NCBI GenBank assembly: GCA_052327205.1
Contig: CM126230.1
Location: 42,408,001-42,472,000 of the forward strand
Reading direction: 5' to 3'
Source: Somniosus microcephalus
Taxonomy: Eukaryota
Length of the DNA stretch: 64,000 nucleotides
The notes beneath the pieces were generated by a model that worked only from the letters and a program-made list of their open reading frames with translations, was not told where the DNA came from and made no database searches. Each line of letters begins with the position of its first letter. The first letter of the stretch is position 1. Position numbers and translations under genes: made by a program. Shown here piece by piece: positions 34,097-61,539 of the stretch.

Positions 34097-35603
34097 CAGA
34101 TCTAGCTGGGGCAGGAACCAATTCTCTACCACACACTTCTGTGACTAGTCTGCGCTTTTCACACGCCCAGCAACTTGTTTTGTAGATGCATTGATGACAA
34201 GTCACTTTCTTCTGTCCAATTTTGTTTTATAATTCACTTGTTTCATACGAGTCAACCACTGGCTTGGTGTCATTATGCATCCACCACTATTAAGAATGTA
34301 CTGCTGCACGGATAGCATTGCAGCTGTTCTTACAGCAGTAGCTAAAAGCCATATATTGTCAAACATCCTCCAGGTGGAATGTTGTTGAAGACATCTGTGG
34401 TCTGCGCAAGTTATGTTTCTAAAATGCTATGAGTCGTCATGTTATAGTTTACATGAGAATATTTATTATTCACAAGTGAATTATTAGTTCTGGCCATGAA
34501 GTAATGGTCATGCCCCCCAAGTCATAACTTAAATCACTGACTCGCTTTCCTTATAAACCAGCATATGCACATTTGAAAACTGCAGATCATACTATTTAAA
34601 AAAAAAACATTTGAATCCTACCTTTGTGTTGTAGCCTCTTATGTCCCTGTAGCTGCCCTGTTAAACTAATTTTCAGAAGACTCAACGGTGACACTGTGAA
34701 GGGCTACAACAGGATTCCAATTAAAGTACTCAGGTTGCATCATACAAAACAATAACACAGAGAAAGTTTTGTTGCTGTAATAAAATGCAAGATGGTTTAA
34801 GGAAATTCATGTGACAGGATGTTTTAGCTAACCTATTTCTGCAAACATGCGAGATACAATTCAGTCTGCACTGGCCTTTTTAAAATCCATCTCCATAATA
34901 GCACCATTTAATAGTATCACTTCCTTTTCCAAGGCCTGACCCACACTCCCCTCCCCTTTCAAATGCTAATTCATTACCTTTTGATTGGCACCACCCACTG
35001 CTCTAATCATTTGCTCGATCATTTTTGCCTGTATTTGCCAGGCGTATTGTCAGCTGTGGCTAAAATCGTTTCTGCACTGCACATTGTAACAGTCAACAAA
35101 TGTGGACTGGGTTATGAGTGCAAAACATTAATGTAAATATAATTCATAATTTGCAGTAGTCTTGCTTTTCACTTGTACCATCTTTATATTTAGAAATTTG
35201 TGGAACTGCAATATTAAAAAAATGCTAGTGGATATGTTGAGCCTTGCTTTACATTCGCTTGCCATGCTGGTACCTAGGGTTAGTTGTAAATGACCTGACA
35301 CCAATAAATAAATAGGCATGAAAGGCCAAAGCTTGTGTAATTTGAGACCAACAGAATCTATATTTAAAGTCTTTATGCTACTTTGTTCTAGATTTTGTAC
35401 ATTTCAGTCTCCAATTTTAATTTAATGGTAATGTGTGGAAAATGTCAGCAGGGCCTTCATTGTATCTGGTAAAACTTTCATGATCTGTTCCACTGTATTG
35501 TAAGGTTGGGTAAGAACAGGGGAGGGATGATAAATACATAATAAAAGGTAATGTATATAAATTAAGAATGGTAAAAACAATTTAAATGTACTTTTTACAG
35601 AGT

Positions 35604-35655
35604 AATAAATATCAAATGTAAAGAACTTTCAGTGGTGGTTTGTTGATTTTGTGGT
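35604..35655 (+). terminator. Likely GBF1 polyadenylation signal
   Basis: AATAAA at 35604-35609 followed by a GT-rich element (gtggtggtttgttgattttgtggt); other AATAAA at 34779, 35303 and 35540 may be alternatives. Confidence 0.55.
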
Positions 35656-36084
35656 AAATGCTCAGCTGTCAGTTCTTTGTTTCATTCAAACTATTATAGA
35701 AAAAAAATTACATTATCAAAATCTTTCCCCATCATCTTGTTCTACATCACAGATCAAGGCCAGGAAGTGTTTCAATGAAGAATAAGCAGGTGTTTTTTTA
35801 AATAACAAGTGAAAGATTGTAAGTTTCAACATGGTTCTTGGTGGCAGATCTTGTAGATAAATACCTTTTAAGTTTAACTTGTGCAGATACAATATTACAG
35901 GAAGGGTTAAATATTTGTGGTAGGACAGCTGTTAAGCTGGTCTGGTCCATTCAGATCATAAAGTGTTAACATAGCATCAGATACATTTGCCATCTGGCAA
36001 AGAAAGTATGAAATGATTATCGCTGTTTAGATGTCACCAAACACTTGAACATTTAATACAGATTTTCTAATTTTGTCAACTTCA

Positions 36085-36330
36085 CATAGAAACATAGAAG
36101 ATAGGAGCAGGAGTAGGCCATTCGGCCCCTCGAGCCTGCTCCGCCATTCAACCTGATCATCCAAATTCAGTACCCGGCCCCTGCTTTCTCCCCATACCCC
36201 TTGATCCCTTTAGCCTTAAGAAATATATCCAACTCCTTGAATATATTTAATGAATTGGCCTCCACTGCCTTCTATGGTAGAGAATTCCACAGGTTCACCA
36301 CTCTCTGGGGGAAGAAATTCCTCCTCACAT
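36085..36330 (-). mobile_element. CR1 3' end in the intergenic gap
   Basis: catagaaacatagaagataggagcaggagtaggcc..., the same tail as the 49200 and 59411 copies. Confidence 0.85.
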
Positions 36331-37192
36331 TTTAATCATTGGTGCAACACCAATCCCAAGCTTGCTTAGGGCAGGTGCTCTCCGACTAGAAGTTCGATAA
36401 AGGAGCAGGTGTGGCTAAACCAAAGCATAGTGTGAACCACATTCGAGGTGGTCACAATTTTAATTCTTTGTCGTTGCATTAACTCATCACAGTAGTGTGC
36501 TGCAGACTTGGGTAAAACAGGAAACTGATTTTATTCACACACCTATAGATCAAAGATGTATGAAATGCAAAGAATTAGGCACCCAGGCATTAATATGATA
36601 CAATTGCAGAGGCATTTCTGATCCCCACAAATGTAAAAGTTATAGCTGAGAATTTATGAAATAGGTACATTAGGAAAATTCAATGCTCTCTCCAAGATTC
36701 CCCAAGTCCTGTACCAATATGCCATAATTTTTCCAACTTGAACCCTAAATCCGTCCGAGTGTACAGCACTAACAAACTAACTGAGCGTGCGTGTGCTTTG
36801 TTTGACCTTTAATTAGAAGAGGGAGTCAGCAATGGTAGCACTCAGAGTCAGAAGGTTGAGGGCTCAAGCCCCACTCCAGGCACTTGAGTTCTCATTCTTT
36901 TGGTGTCAGCGAGATCACGTACTGTCAGGGTGCTGTCTTCTGAATGACACGTTAATCAGGTGTCCTGTCCAATATTTATCCCTCAACCAACATCACAAAA
37001 ACTGATTATCTGCGACTTGCTGTACACAAATTGACTGCTGTCTTTCACTTTGGGGAAAAAGTACTTCATTGGCAATTTCACGTCAGAGTTGCTATATATT
37101 TCTTTATATAATGGACCACCTTTGTATCCAGTTGTCGACAACAAATTACATCACTGCAATATCAAAAACAAGAGATCAAGTTTTTTTTTGTT

Positions 37193-37198
37193 TTTATT
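37193..37198 (-). terminator. Likely macroH2A2 polyadenylation signal
   Basis: AATAAA on the - strand followed by a T/GT-rich tract; a second AATAAA at 36535-36530. Confidence 0.5.
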
Positions 37199-37744
37199 TT
37201 TTTTAAAAAGCTGCCACACTATCAAACTACAGCAAATGGTACAGGGAGATGTAATGCAGCCAAACAGCTGCTTCATTTTCCAACTGTTCCTTTACACACT
37301 GGAATGTGAAACCAATGCACTAGCTTAACAAAAGGGATACGTAAAACCACAAAGACATGGAGTCATAAAACAATGTTCAAGCATGAAACATCTTCCACTA
37401 AACTGTTAAATGTCACCTTTTTAAAAAAAAAAAAAAAAAATCTAAACTTTAAGTATTTCAGTAAAATCACAAAAAAAGTAAAGGATGCACAGTATCAAGA
37501 AGGTTGTTTTCTGAATTTCCCCCGAAAGTAAATTTCAAAACCTTTCCCCTGCTTGGGAGTACTATAAAAAATGTAATCAAAAGTTTACACTTCAACCTCA
37601 GAATATGTTCATGATCACAGAACTCATACTTTGCACCTTCTCATTTACTTTTTAAACACACACACGCACACTTTTCTGTATTGTTGGACAAAAAGCTGTT
37701 AAAATTCCCAGCTTTCCATTGCTTAAAAAAAAGATAAAAACAGG

Positions 37745-53682
<15,938 letters not shown>

Positions 53683-54084
53683 CTTGCCTGTTGTGGGTCA
53701 GAATCTTACACCAGCTGTAGATCTAAAGAAATGCCAGTCACTTAGACATAGAATCTTGCCGCACAGAAAGAAGCCTTTCAGCCCATCATGGATGTGCTGG
53801 CTCTTTAAAAGAGCTATCCAATTAGTCCCACTCCTTGCTCTTTTCCCATTATCCTGCAAATTTCTGTGTGTGTATTGGAATCAATTGAACCATTTTGAGA
53901 GTGGTTTGTTGTCCATAACCTGTATCAGCAACAACTTGCATTTATATAGCGCCTTTAACATAGTAAAATATCTAAAGCGCTTCACAGGAGCATCATCAAA
54001 CAAAATCAACAAGATGCACACGAGTATCTCAAAATTAGAGGAGTTAGATGGCATTAGCTGGATATAGGAGGGAGCTGTAGCAGA

Positions 54085-55520
54085 TCTAGAGAAAAGGGAG
54101 CAGGCCTGTTCAATCTTTCCTGATGGGTATAACCTCTCAGTTCTGGTATCATCGTAGTAAATATTTCTTGCACCTTCTCCAGTGCTTCTGTACCCTTTTT
54201 ATAATATGGAGACCAGAACTGCTCCCTGTACTCCAAGTGTGGTCTAACCAAGGTTAATAAGAACATAAAAATTGGAGCAGGAGTAGGCCATGCAGCCCCT
54301 CAAGCCTGCTCCACCATTCAATAAGGTCATTGCTGATCTTCTACCTCAACTCCACTTTCCCACCCTATCCCTAGATTCCTAAAATCTATCGATCTCAATC
54401 TTGAATATACTTAACGACTGAGCATCCACAGCCCTCTGGGGTAGAGAATTCCAAAAATTCAGAACTAGAGAGTGAAGAACTTACTTCTCATCTCAGTCCT
54501 AAATGGCCAACCCCTTATCCTGAGACTATGGGTGCGATCTTGCCAGCCGTGGGGAGGCGGGTATGGAGGTGGGACTGCCGGGAAAATGGCAGAATCTGGG
54601 GGCGGGTGCCCAACCTGACTCCGTGCCATCTTGCCAGGAGGCCACGCCGGGACCCCTCTCCTTGGAGGCGGGAAGGGGATTAGTGCCACTTATCTGCCTG
54701 TTAACAGGTAGTTAACAGGCAGATAAGAGGATTATCCCCATTTTACCCACACAAGTGCGGGCTTCCCAAAGGCTGCGAACCCCACCAGGGTCACCGAAGC
54801 GAGCAGTGGGTCTGCGGCGTGCAAAAGTGCGCTGTGAAGGTAAGTAATGGGTGCAAGTGGGGAGAGGTGAGGTAAGTGGAAAGTGTTAGAAAAAGTTTAC
54901 TTACCTTTGTTTCTTCCTGCAGGCTTCAAACATTGGGGATGCGGAGAGCCTCGCATCTCACCAGCAGAGATGACAGATGGCCGCTGAATTCTCTGATGCA
55001 ACAACCATCTAATTTCTGCTAAAGAGGTTTGATGAGTCTTGAATTCAAGAACTCATCAAGCTACAGAGAATGTCAGTGTTTGACAGCTTCACAAAGTTGT
55101 CAAACGATGAAACGTCATACACTGACGTTCTCTGCAACCGGCTTTCCCTTAATTGGCCTGCTAAACCCGCTGGGTGGGCTTAACAAGATCAATCAGGGGA
55201 AAATAGCGTGGGTTGGCCACAAGTTGATGGAGGCAGGACTGAAACCAGACAAGTGGCAAAATCCAGCCCTATGACCCCCAGTTTGAGATCCTCCAGCAAG
55301 GGGCAACAGCCTCTCAGCATCTGTCCCATCAAGCCCTGTCCGAATGTTATACATTTCAATGAGATCACCTCTCATTCTTCTAAACTCGAGTATATAGGCC
55401 TATTCCGCTCAATCACTCCTCATAGAACAACCCTCTCATCACAGGAATCAATCTAATTAACCTTCATTGCACCGCCTCCACAGCAAGTATATCCATCCTT
55501 AGGGAATGTGACCAAAACTG
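54085..55520 (-). mobile_element. CR1 3' fragments, one interrupted by a Harbinger-like element
   Basis: LVRPHLEY...WSPY, MRGDLIEMY, CR1 3' UTR at 54260-54350. Confidence 0.8.
54530..55269. mobile_element. Non-autonomous PIF/Harbinger-like DNA transposon, copy 2
   Basis: TAT|gggtgcgatcttgcca...tggcaaaatccagccc|TAT; a 3-bp TSD inside the CR1 sequence gagacTATgacc. Confidence 0.85.
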
Positions 55521-55576
55521 CCTGCCAGTTTTTGACTCCAAATTACCCAGGCCAGATCCTTCTCCAGTTGAGTATA

Positions 55577-57895
55577 GGGGTATGGTGGCATCATGGTAAT
55601 GTTACTGGACTAATCCAGAGACCTGGACTAATGATCCAGAGTCACAAGTTCAAATCCCACCATGGAAGCTGGGGAATTTAAATTAATTAAATAAATCATA
55701 AATAAAAAGTTAGTATCAGTAATGGTGACCAGATTGATGTAAAAACCCATCTGGTTCACTAATGTCCCTTATGGAAGGAAATCTGCCACCCTTACCCTAT
55801 ATGTGACTCCAAACCCATAGCAAAGTGGTTGACTCTTAACTGCCCTCTGCATGGTCAAGCAAGCCACTCAGTTGTATCTACGAAAAACTATAATAATACC
55901 GGACAGACCACCCAGCATCGAGCTAGGCATCGGATTCAGACACGACAAAGACCCTGCAAAGTCATCCTCACTAACATCTGCTGTCCCACAGACTAGTCAA
56001 GCAGCAGCCAGGTACAGTCATACTCACAGAATCATACCCTTCAGCCAACATCCCAGACTCCTCCATCACCATCCCTGGTTATGTCCTGTTCACTGGCAGG
56101 ACAGACCCACCAGAGCTGACGGCACAGTGGTATACAGTCAAGAAGGAGTAACCCTGGAGTCAACATTGACTCGGGACCCCATGAAGTCTCATGGCACCAA
56201 GTCAAACATGGGCAAGGAAACCTCCTGCTCATTACCATCTACCTCCCTCCCTCAGTTGATAAATGGAGTACTCCATGTTAAACACCACTTGGAAAAGGCA
56301 CTGAGTGTAGCAAGGGCACAGAATGTACTCTGGGTGGGGGACTTCAATGTCCATCACCAAGCGTGGCTCGGTAGCACCACTACTGATGGCAGAGTCCTGA
56401 AAGACATAGCTGCCAGCAGGTGGTGAGAGAACCAACACGAGGGCAAATCCTACTTGACCTCGTCCTCACCAATGTCGCAGATGTCACCACAACAGTATTG
56501 GTAGGAGTGGCCATCGCACAGTCCTTGTGGAGACGAAGTCCTGTCTTCACACTGAGGACGCCTTCCATCACGTGGCACTACCACCGTGCTAAATGGGATA
56601 GATTCAGAACAGATCAAGCAGCTCAGAACTGGGCATCCATGAGGCGCTGTGGGCCATCAGCAGCAGCAGAAACGTATTCCACCACAATCTGTAACCTCAT
56701 GGCCCGGCATATTCCTCACTCTACTAATACTATCAAGCCAGGGGATCAACCCTCATACAAGGAGGAGTTTAGAAGAGCATGCCAAGAGCAGCACCAGGCA
56801 TACCTAAAATGAGGTGCAAACCTGGTGAAGCTACAACACAGGACTACATGCATGATAAACAGCGGAAGCAGCACTCTATAGATAGAGCTAAGCGATCCCA
56901 CAACCAACAGATCAAAGCTCTGCAGTCCTACCACATCCAATTATGAATGGTGGTGGACAATTAAACAACTAACGGGAGGAGGAGGTTCCATGAACATCTC
57001 CATCCTCAAGAATGGTGGAGTCCAGCACGCGAGTGCAAAAGACAAGGCTGAAGCATTCGCAACCATCTTCAGCCAGAAGTGCCGAGTGAATGATCCACCT
57101 CGGCCTCCTCCCGAGGTCCCCACCATCACAGAAGCCAGTCTTCAGCCAATTCAATTCACTCCACGTGATATCAAGTAATGGCTGAGCGTTCTGGATACAG
57201 CAAAGACTATGGGCCCCAACAACATCCTGGCTATAGTGCTGAAGACTTGTGCTCCAGAACTAGCCACGCTGTTCCAGTGCAGCTACAACACTGGCATCTA
57301 CCCAACAAAATTGCCCAGGTATGTCCTGTCCACAAAAAGGACAAATCCAATCCGGTCAATTACCACCCCAGCAGTCTACTCTCAATCATCAGCAGTGATG
57401 GAATGTGCCATTGACAGTGCTATCAAGTGGCACTTACTCACCAATGCTGTTTGGGTCCCACCAGGACCACTCGGCTCCAGACCTCATTACAGCCTTGGTC
57501 CAAACATGGACAAAAGAGCTGAATTCCAGGTGAGGTGAGTGACTGACCCTTGACATCAAGGCAGCATTTGACTTAGTGTGGCATAAAGGAGCCGTAGTAA
57601 AATTGAAGTCAATGGGAATCAGGGGGAAAACTCTCCACTGGCTGGAGTCATACCGAGCACAAAGGAAGATGGTTGTGGTTGTAGGACAAATATCCTTGCG
57701 GGCAGGTTAACTAGTGCTGTGGGGAACGGGATATTGCAGCAGGAGTTCTTCAGGGCAGTGACCTAGGTCCAACCATCTTCGCCGTCCCTTCATCGTCGCA
57801 GAGTCAAAATCCTGGAACAGCACTGTAGGTGCACCCTCACCACACAAATTGCAGCAGTTTAAGGTGGCGGCTCACCACCACCCGTGAATGAATAA
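55577..57895 (+). mobile_element. Decayed LINE with tRNA-like 5' head, endonuclease and partial RT, internal deletion, 3' tail
   Basis: A/B boxes at 55586-55657; WVGDFNVHH, EPTRGQILLDLVLTN, AEAFATIFSQK and LKTCAPELA; same family as 8134-9826. Confidence 0.82.
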
Positions 57896-58774
57896 TGTAC
57901 GAAAGGCTGATATTTAGTAGACGAGAATCATATACATATATATAAAATTCAAGTGTACCCACTGACCAAATAATATTACCCATAATTGCTCCTGGGTAAC
58001 TAAAAAGCTAAGACTTGTTCAAAATGCAGCTGCAAAAACAGTCAAAAGCAGTTTTGACTTAAGTTCTGATAACAAACAGCCAGTGAAGGTTAAATTGCTA
58101 AATAACATATTTAAGTAGAAATTAGAATTTGCTTAACAAAACTAATTGCAAAGATATTTAAAAAATAATTAGTATAAAGACATAAATTGAGAAAGATCAT
58201 GGAGATATGGTACTTATCTGGTAGATTAAAGTGAGATAGTCTGGATACCTCAAGACTAGTAAAACAGCGCTGATATGGGCCCTTGGTATAAAGGCCTTGT
58301 ACCAGGGAGGCAGGAAATGAGAGATAAGTAAATTCCAATGGGGTGAAAAACTATAAACAAAATAAGACAGCAGGATAGGGTTGACAGAAAAATACTGGAA
58401 AGGCAGGATGCTACCTTAGTCTGAGTGACAATGGTATTTTAACCATTAGAACCAATTAAAAAAGGTGATTTTGTTAAAGACCATATATGGACACTGGCCA
58501 AACCAACTTTTGATAAAAGGGTTAAAACCTCAATACTCAAAAGAACAACTTTCCACAGACTTACTGCGAGAACAAAGGATCAGACTTAAGACGACGTCAT
58601 CTGTGTCAGAGAGGTTCCAGAGGCCAAGGGCTGCGAGCTACTCGTTAAAACTATCGCCTAATGTTAAGTATGTTACGCTGTAAGTTTAATCTATTGCTCA
58701 AACATACTGGCTGCTGCCTATTGGTGTCTTGTCCAAGAACTCTGAGATCATTAAGATCTTACAATAATAAAGAA

Positions 58775-60560
58775 GTATTTTTATTCTAGATTGCTCCTTG
58801 TCCTTCTCCATAACTAATCTAAACCATACGATATTATAATCACTGTTCCCAAGATGCTCGACTGACATTTTCCACTTCATTCCCCAGAACTAGATCCAGC
58901 AATGCCTCCTTCCTTGTTGGGCTGGAAACATACTGATCAAGAAAGTTCTCCTGAACACACTTCAGAAATTCCTCCCCTTTTCTGCCCTTAAAACAATCAC
59001 GGCCCCGTTCAATATTGGGGTTGTTAAAGTCTCACATTATCACTACTGTATAGTTCTTGCAACTCTCAGTAATTTCTTTGGAAATCTGCTCCTCTATCTC
59101 TTTCCCACTATTTGGTGGCCTATTAAATACACCAAGTAGCGTAACAGCTCCTTTATTGTTTCTTGTAATTAACTCCAACCAAATAGCTTCTGTCTTTGAC
59201 ACCTCAAGGACACACTTTCTAGCACTGTAATTTTCTTAATCAAAACTGCTACCCATCTCCTTTTTCCCCCCATTACTATCTTTCCTGAATACCTTGTACC
59301 CAGGAATGTTAAGCATCCAATCTTCCCCTTTTTTGAGCAAGGTCTCAGGTATCGACACCATGTCATATTCCCACTTGGCTATTTGTGCTTGCAGTTCACC
59401 AACCTTATTACATAGAAACATAGAAGATAGGAGCAGGAGTAGGCCATTCGGCCCTTCAAGCCTGCTCCGCCATTCAATGAGATCATGGCTGATCATCCAA
59501 ATTCAGTACCCTGTCCCTGCCTTCACCCCATATCCCTTTAGCCTCAAGAAATATATCCAACTCTTTCTTGAATATATTTAATGAACTGGCCTCCACCGCC
59601 CTCTGTGGCAGAGAATTCCACAGGTTCACCACTCTCTGGGTGAAGAGAATTCCTCCTCATTTCAGTCCTAAATGGCTTACCCCTTATCCTTAAGACTATG
59701 ACACCTGGTTCTGGATTCCCCAGCCATCAGAAACATCCTTTCTGCATCTAGTCTGTCCAGACCTGACAGAATTTTATAGGTTTCGATGAGATCCCCTCTC
59801 AATCTTCTAAACTCCAGTGAGTATAAGCCCAATCGACACAATCTCTCCTTGTACGTCATTCCTGCCATCCCAGGTATCAGCCTGGTGAATCTTCGCTGCA
59901 CTCCCTCCATGGCAAGAACATCCTTCCTCAGGTAAGGTGACCAAAACTGTACATAATACTCAAGGTGCGGTCTCACCAAGGCCCTGTATAACTGCAGCAA
60001 GACATCCTTGTTCTTGTACTCGAACCCTCTTGCTACGAAGGCCAACATACCATTTGCCTTCTTAACCGCCAGCTGCACCTGCATGCTTAAGCAGGGGAAA
60101 TTAGTTTAAACCGTTCCCCACAGCAGTAGTTAACCTGTCCGCAAGGATATTTGTCCCAGCTCTGTTCGGGTACAACCGGTTCATCTTGAACAGGTCCCTC
60201 CTGCCACAGAACTGGTCCCAATGACCCAGGAATCTGAAGCCCTCCCTCCTGCACCATGTCTCCAGCCACACATTAAACTGCCATATCCTCCTATATCTAC
60301 TCTCACTAGCGCGTGGCACTGGGAGTAATCCAGAGATTACAACCTTCGAGGTCGTGCTTCTTAAACTGCCTCCCTAGCTCTTTCAACTCTTAACTGCAGG
60401 ACCTCAAACCTCTTCCTCCCTATGTCACTGGTTCCGACATGGAGGACTCGTAAAAATCAACATTTCATTGTGCAGTACACACGTCTGCTGCATATATGAC
60501 AAATAAAATTGAATTGACCACGACTTCTGGCTCTTCCCCTTCCCACCTGCAGAATCTTTC
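58775..60560 (-). mobile_element. Older CR1 (ORF1 esterase end and endonuclease start) with a younger CR1 3' end nested at 59411-60090
   Basis: FNVWLETWCRREGFRFLGHWDQF (ORF1); NKVGELQAQI...WMLNIPGYKVFRKD (endonuclease); MQVQLAVKKANGMLAF... and a catagaaa tail (young insert). Confidence 0.85.
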
Positions 60561-61539
60561 AGGATAAGTGGAAAGGACACAAGGAAATCAACTTTGAGCA
60601 GGAAGAACTCAAAAGAAGCAGGCGTAGGAACAAAAGTTGGCCATTCAGCCCCTCGCGCCTATTCTGCCATTCTAGCGTACATGGATGGGCTGTACCTCAA
60701 CTCCACAAACCCAACAAAAATCTCAATCGTAGAATCATACAGCACAGAAGAAGGTGGCCATTCAGCCCATCGTGCCTGTGCCGGCTCTTTGAAAGAGCTA
60801 TCCAGTCAGTCCCAATCCCCTGCTTTCCTACATTACAACACTTCAAAAGTACTACAGTGGCTGTAAAGCACGTGGGGACATCCTGAGGTTGTGAAAGAAA
60901 CTGTATAAATGCTAGTCTTTCTTTTGTGCTTTCCCCATAGCCCTGCAAATTTCTCCCTTTGAAATATTTATCCAATTCTCAAGTGCACAAAAAATTCTTT
61001 TTAATCCACACAAAACTTGCAATCAATAGATAGGTTGGACACAATTACACTTTCAGCCACAATTTTTTTTTAATTACGTCTTTTTGAAGGACATTTCCTT
61101 CCCCAAATATAGTGAAGTTGTCAACAAAAAGAACTCAAAGCAAAAAGCTCGAGATTATTATAAAATTATATTAAAAAAGAGACCCAACTTATATTTAACG
61201 TAATAAAACAACAACTTGTATTTATATAGCACCTTTAATGTAGTAGAATGTCCCATGGGCTTCACAGGAGTGAAACAAATTTTGACACCAAGTCATATAA
61301 GGAGATATTAGGGCAGATGCTTGGTCAAAGAGGTAGGTTTTAAGAGGCGTCTTAAAGGAGGAGGCGGAGAGATTTAGGGAGGGAATCCCAGAGCTTGGGG
61401 CCCAGGCAGCTGAAGGCAGGGCCGCCAATAGTGGAGCGATTAAAATCAGGGATTTTCAAGAGGGCAGAATTGGAGGAGCGCAGAGATCTCGGCGGGTTGT
61501 GGGGCTGGAGGAAGTTACAGAGATAGGGAGGGGCGACCA

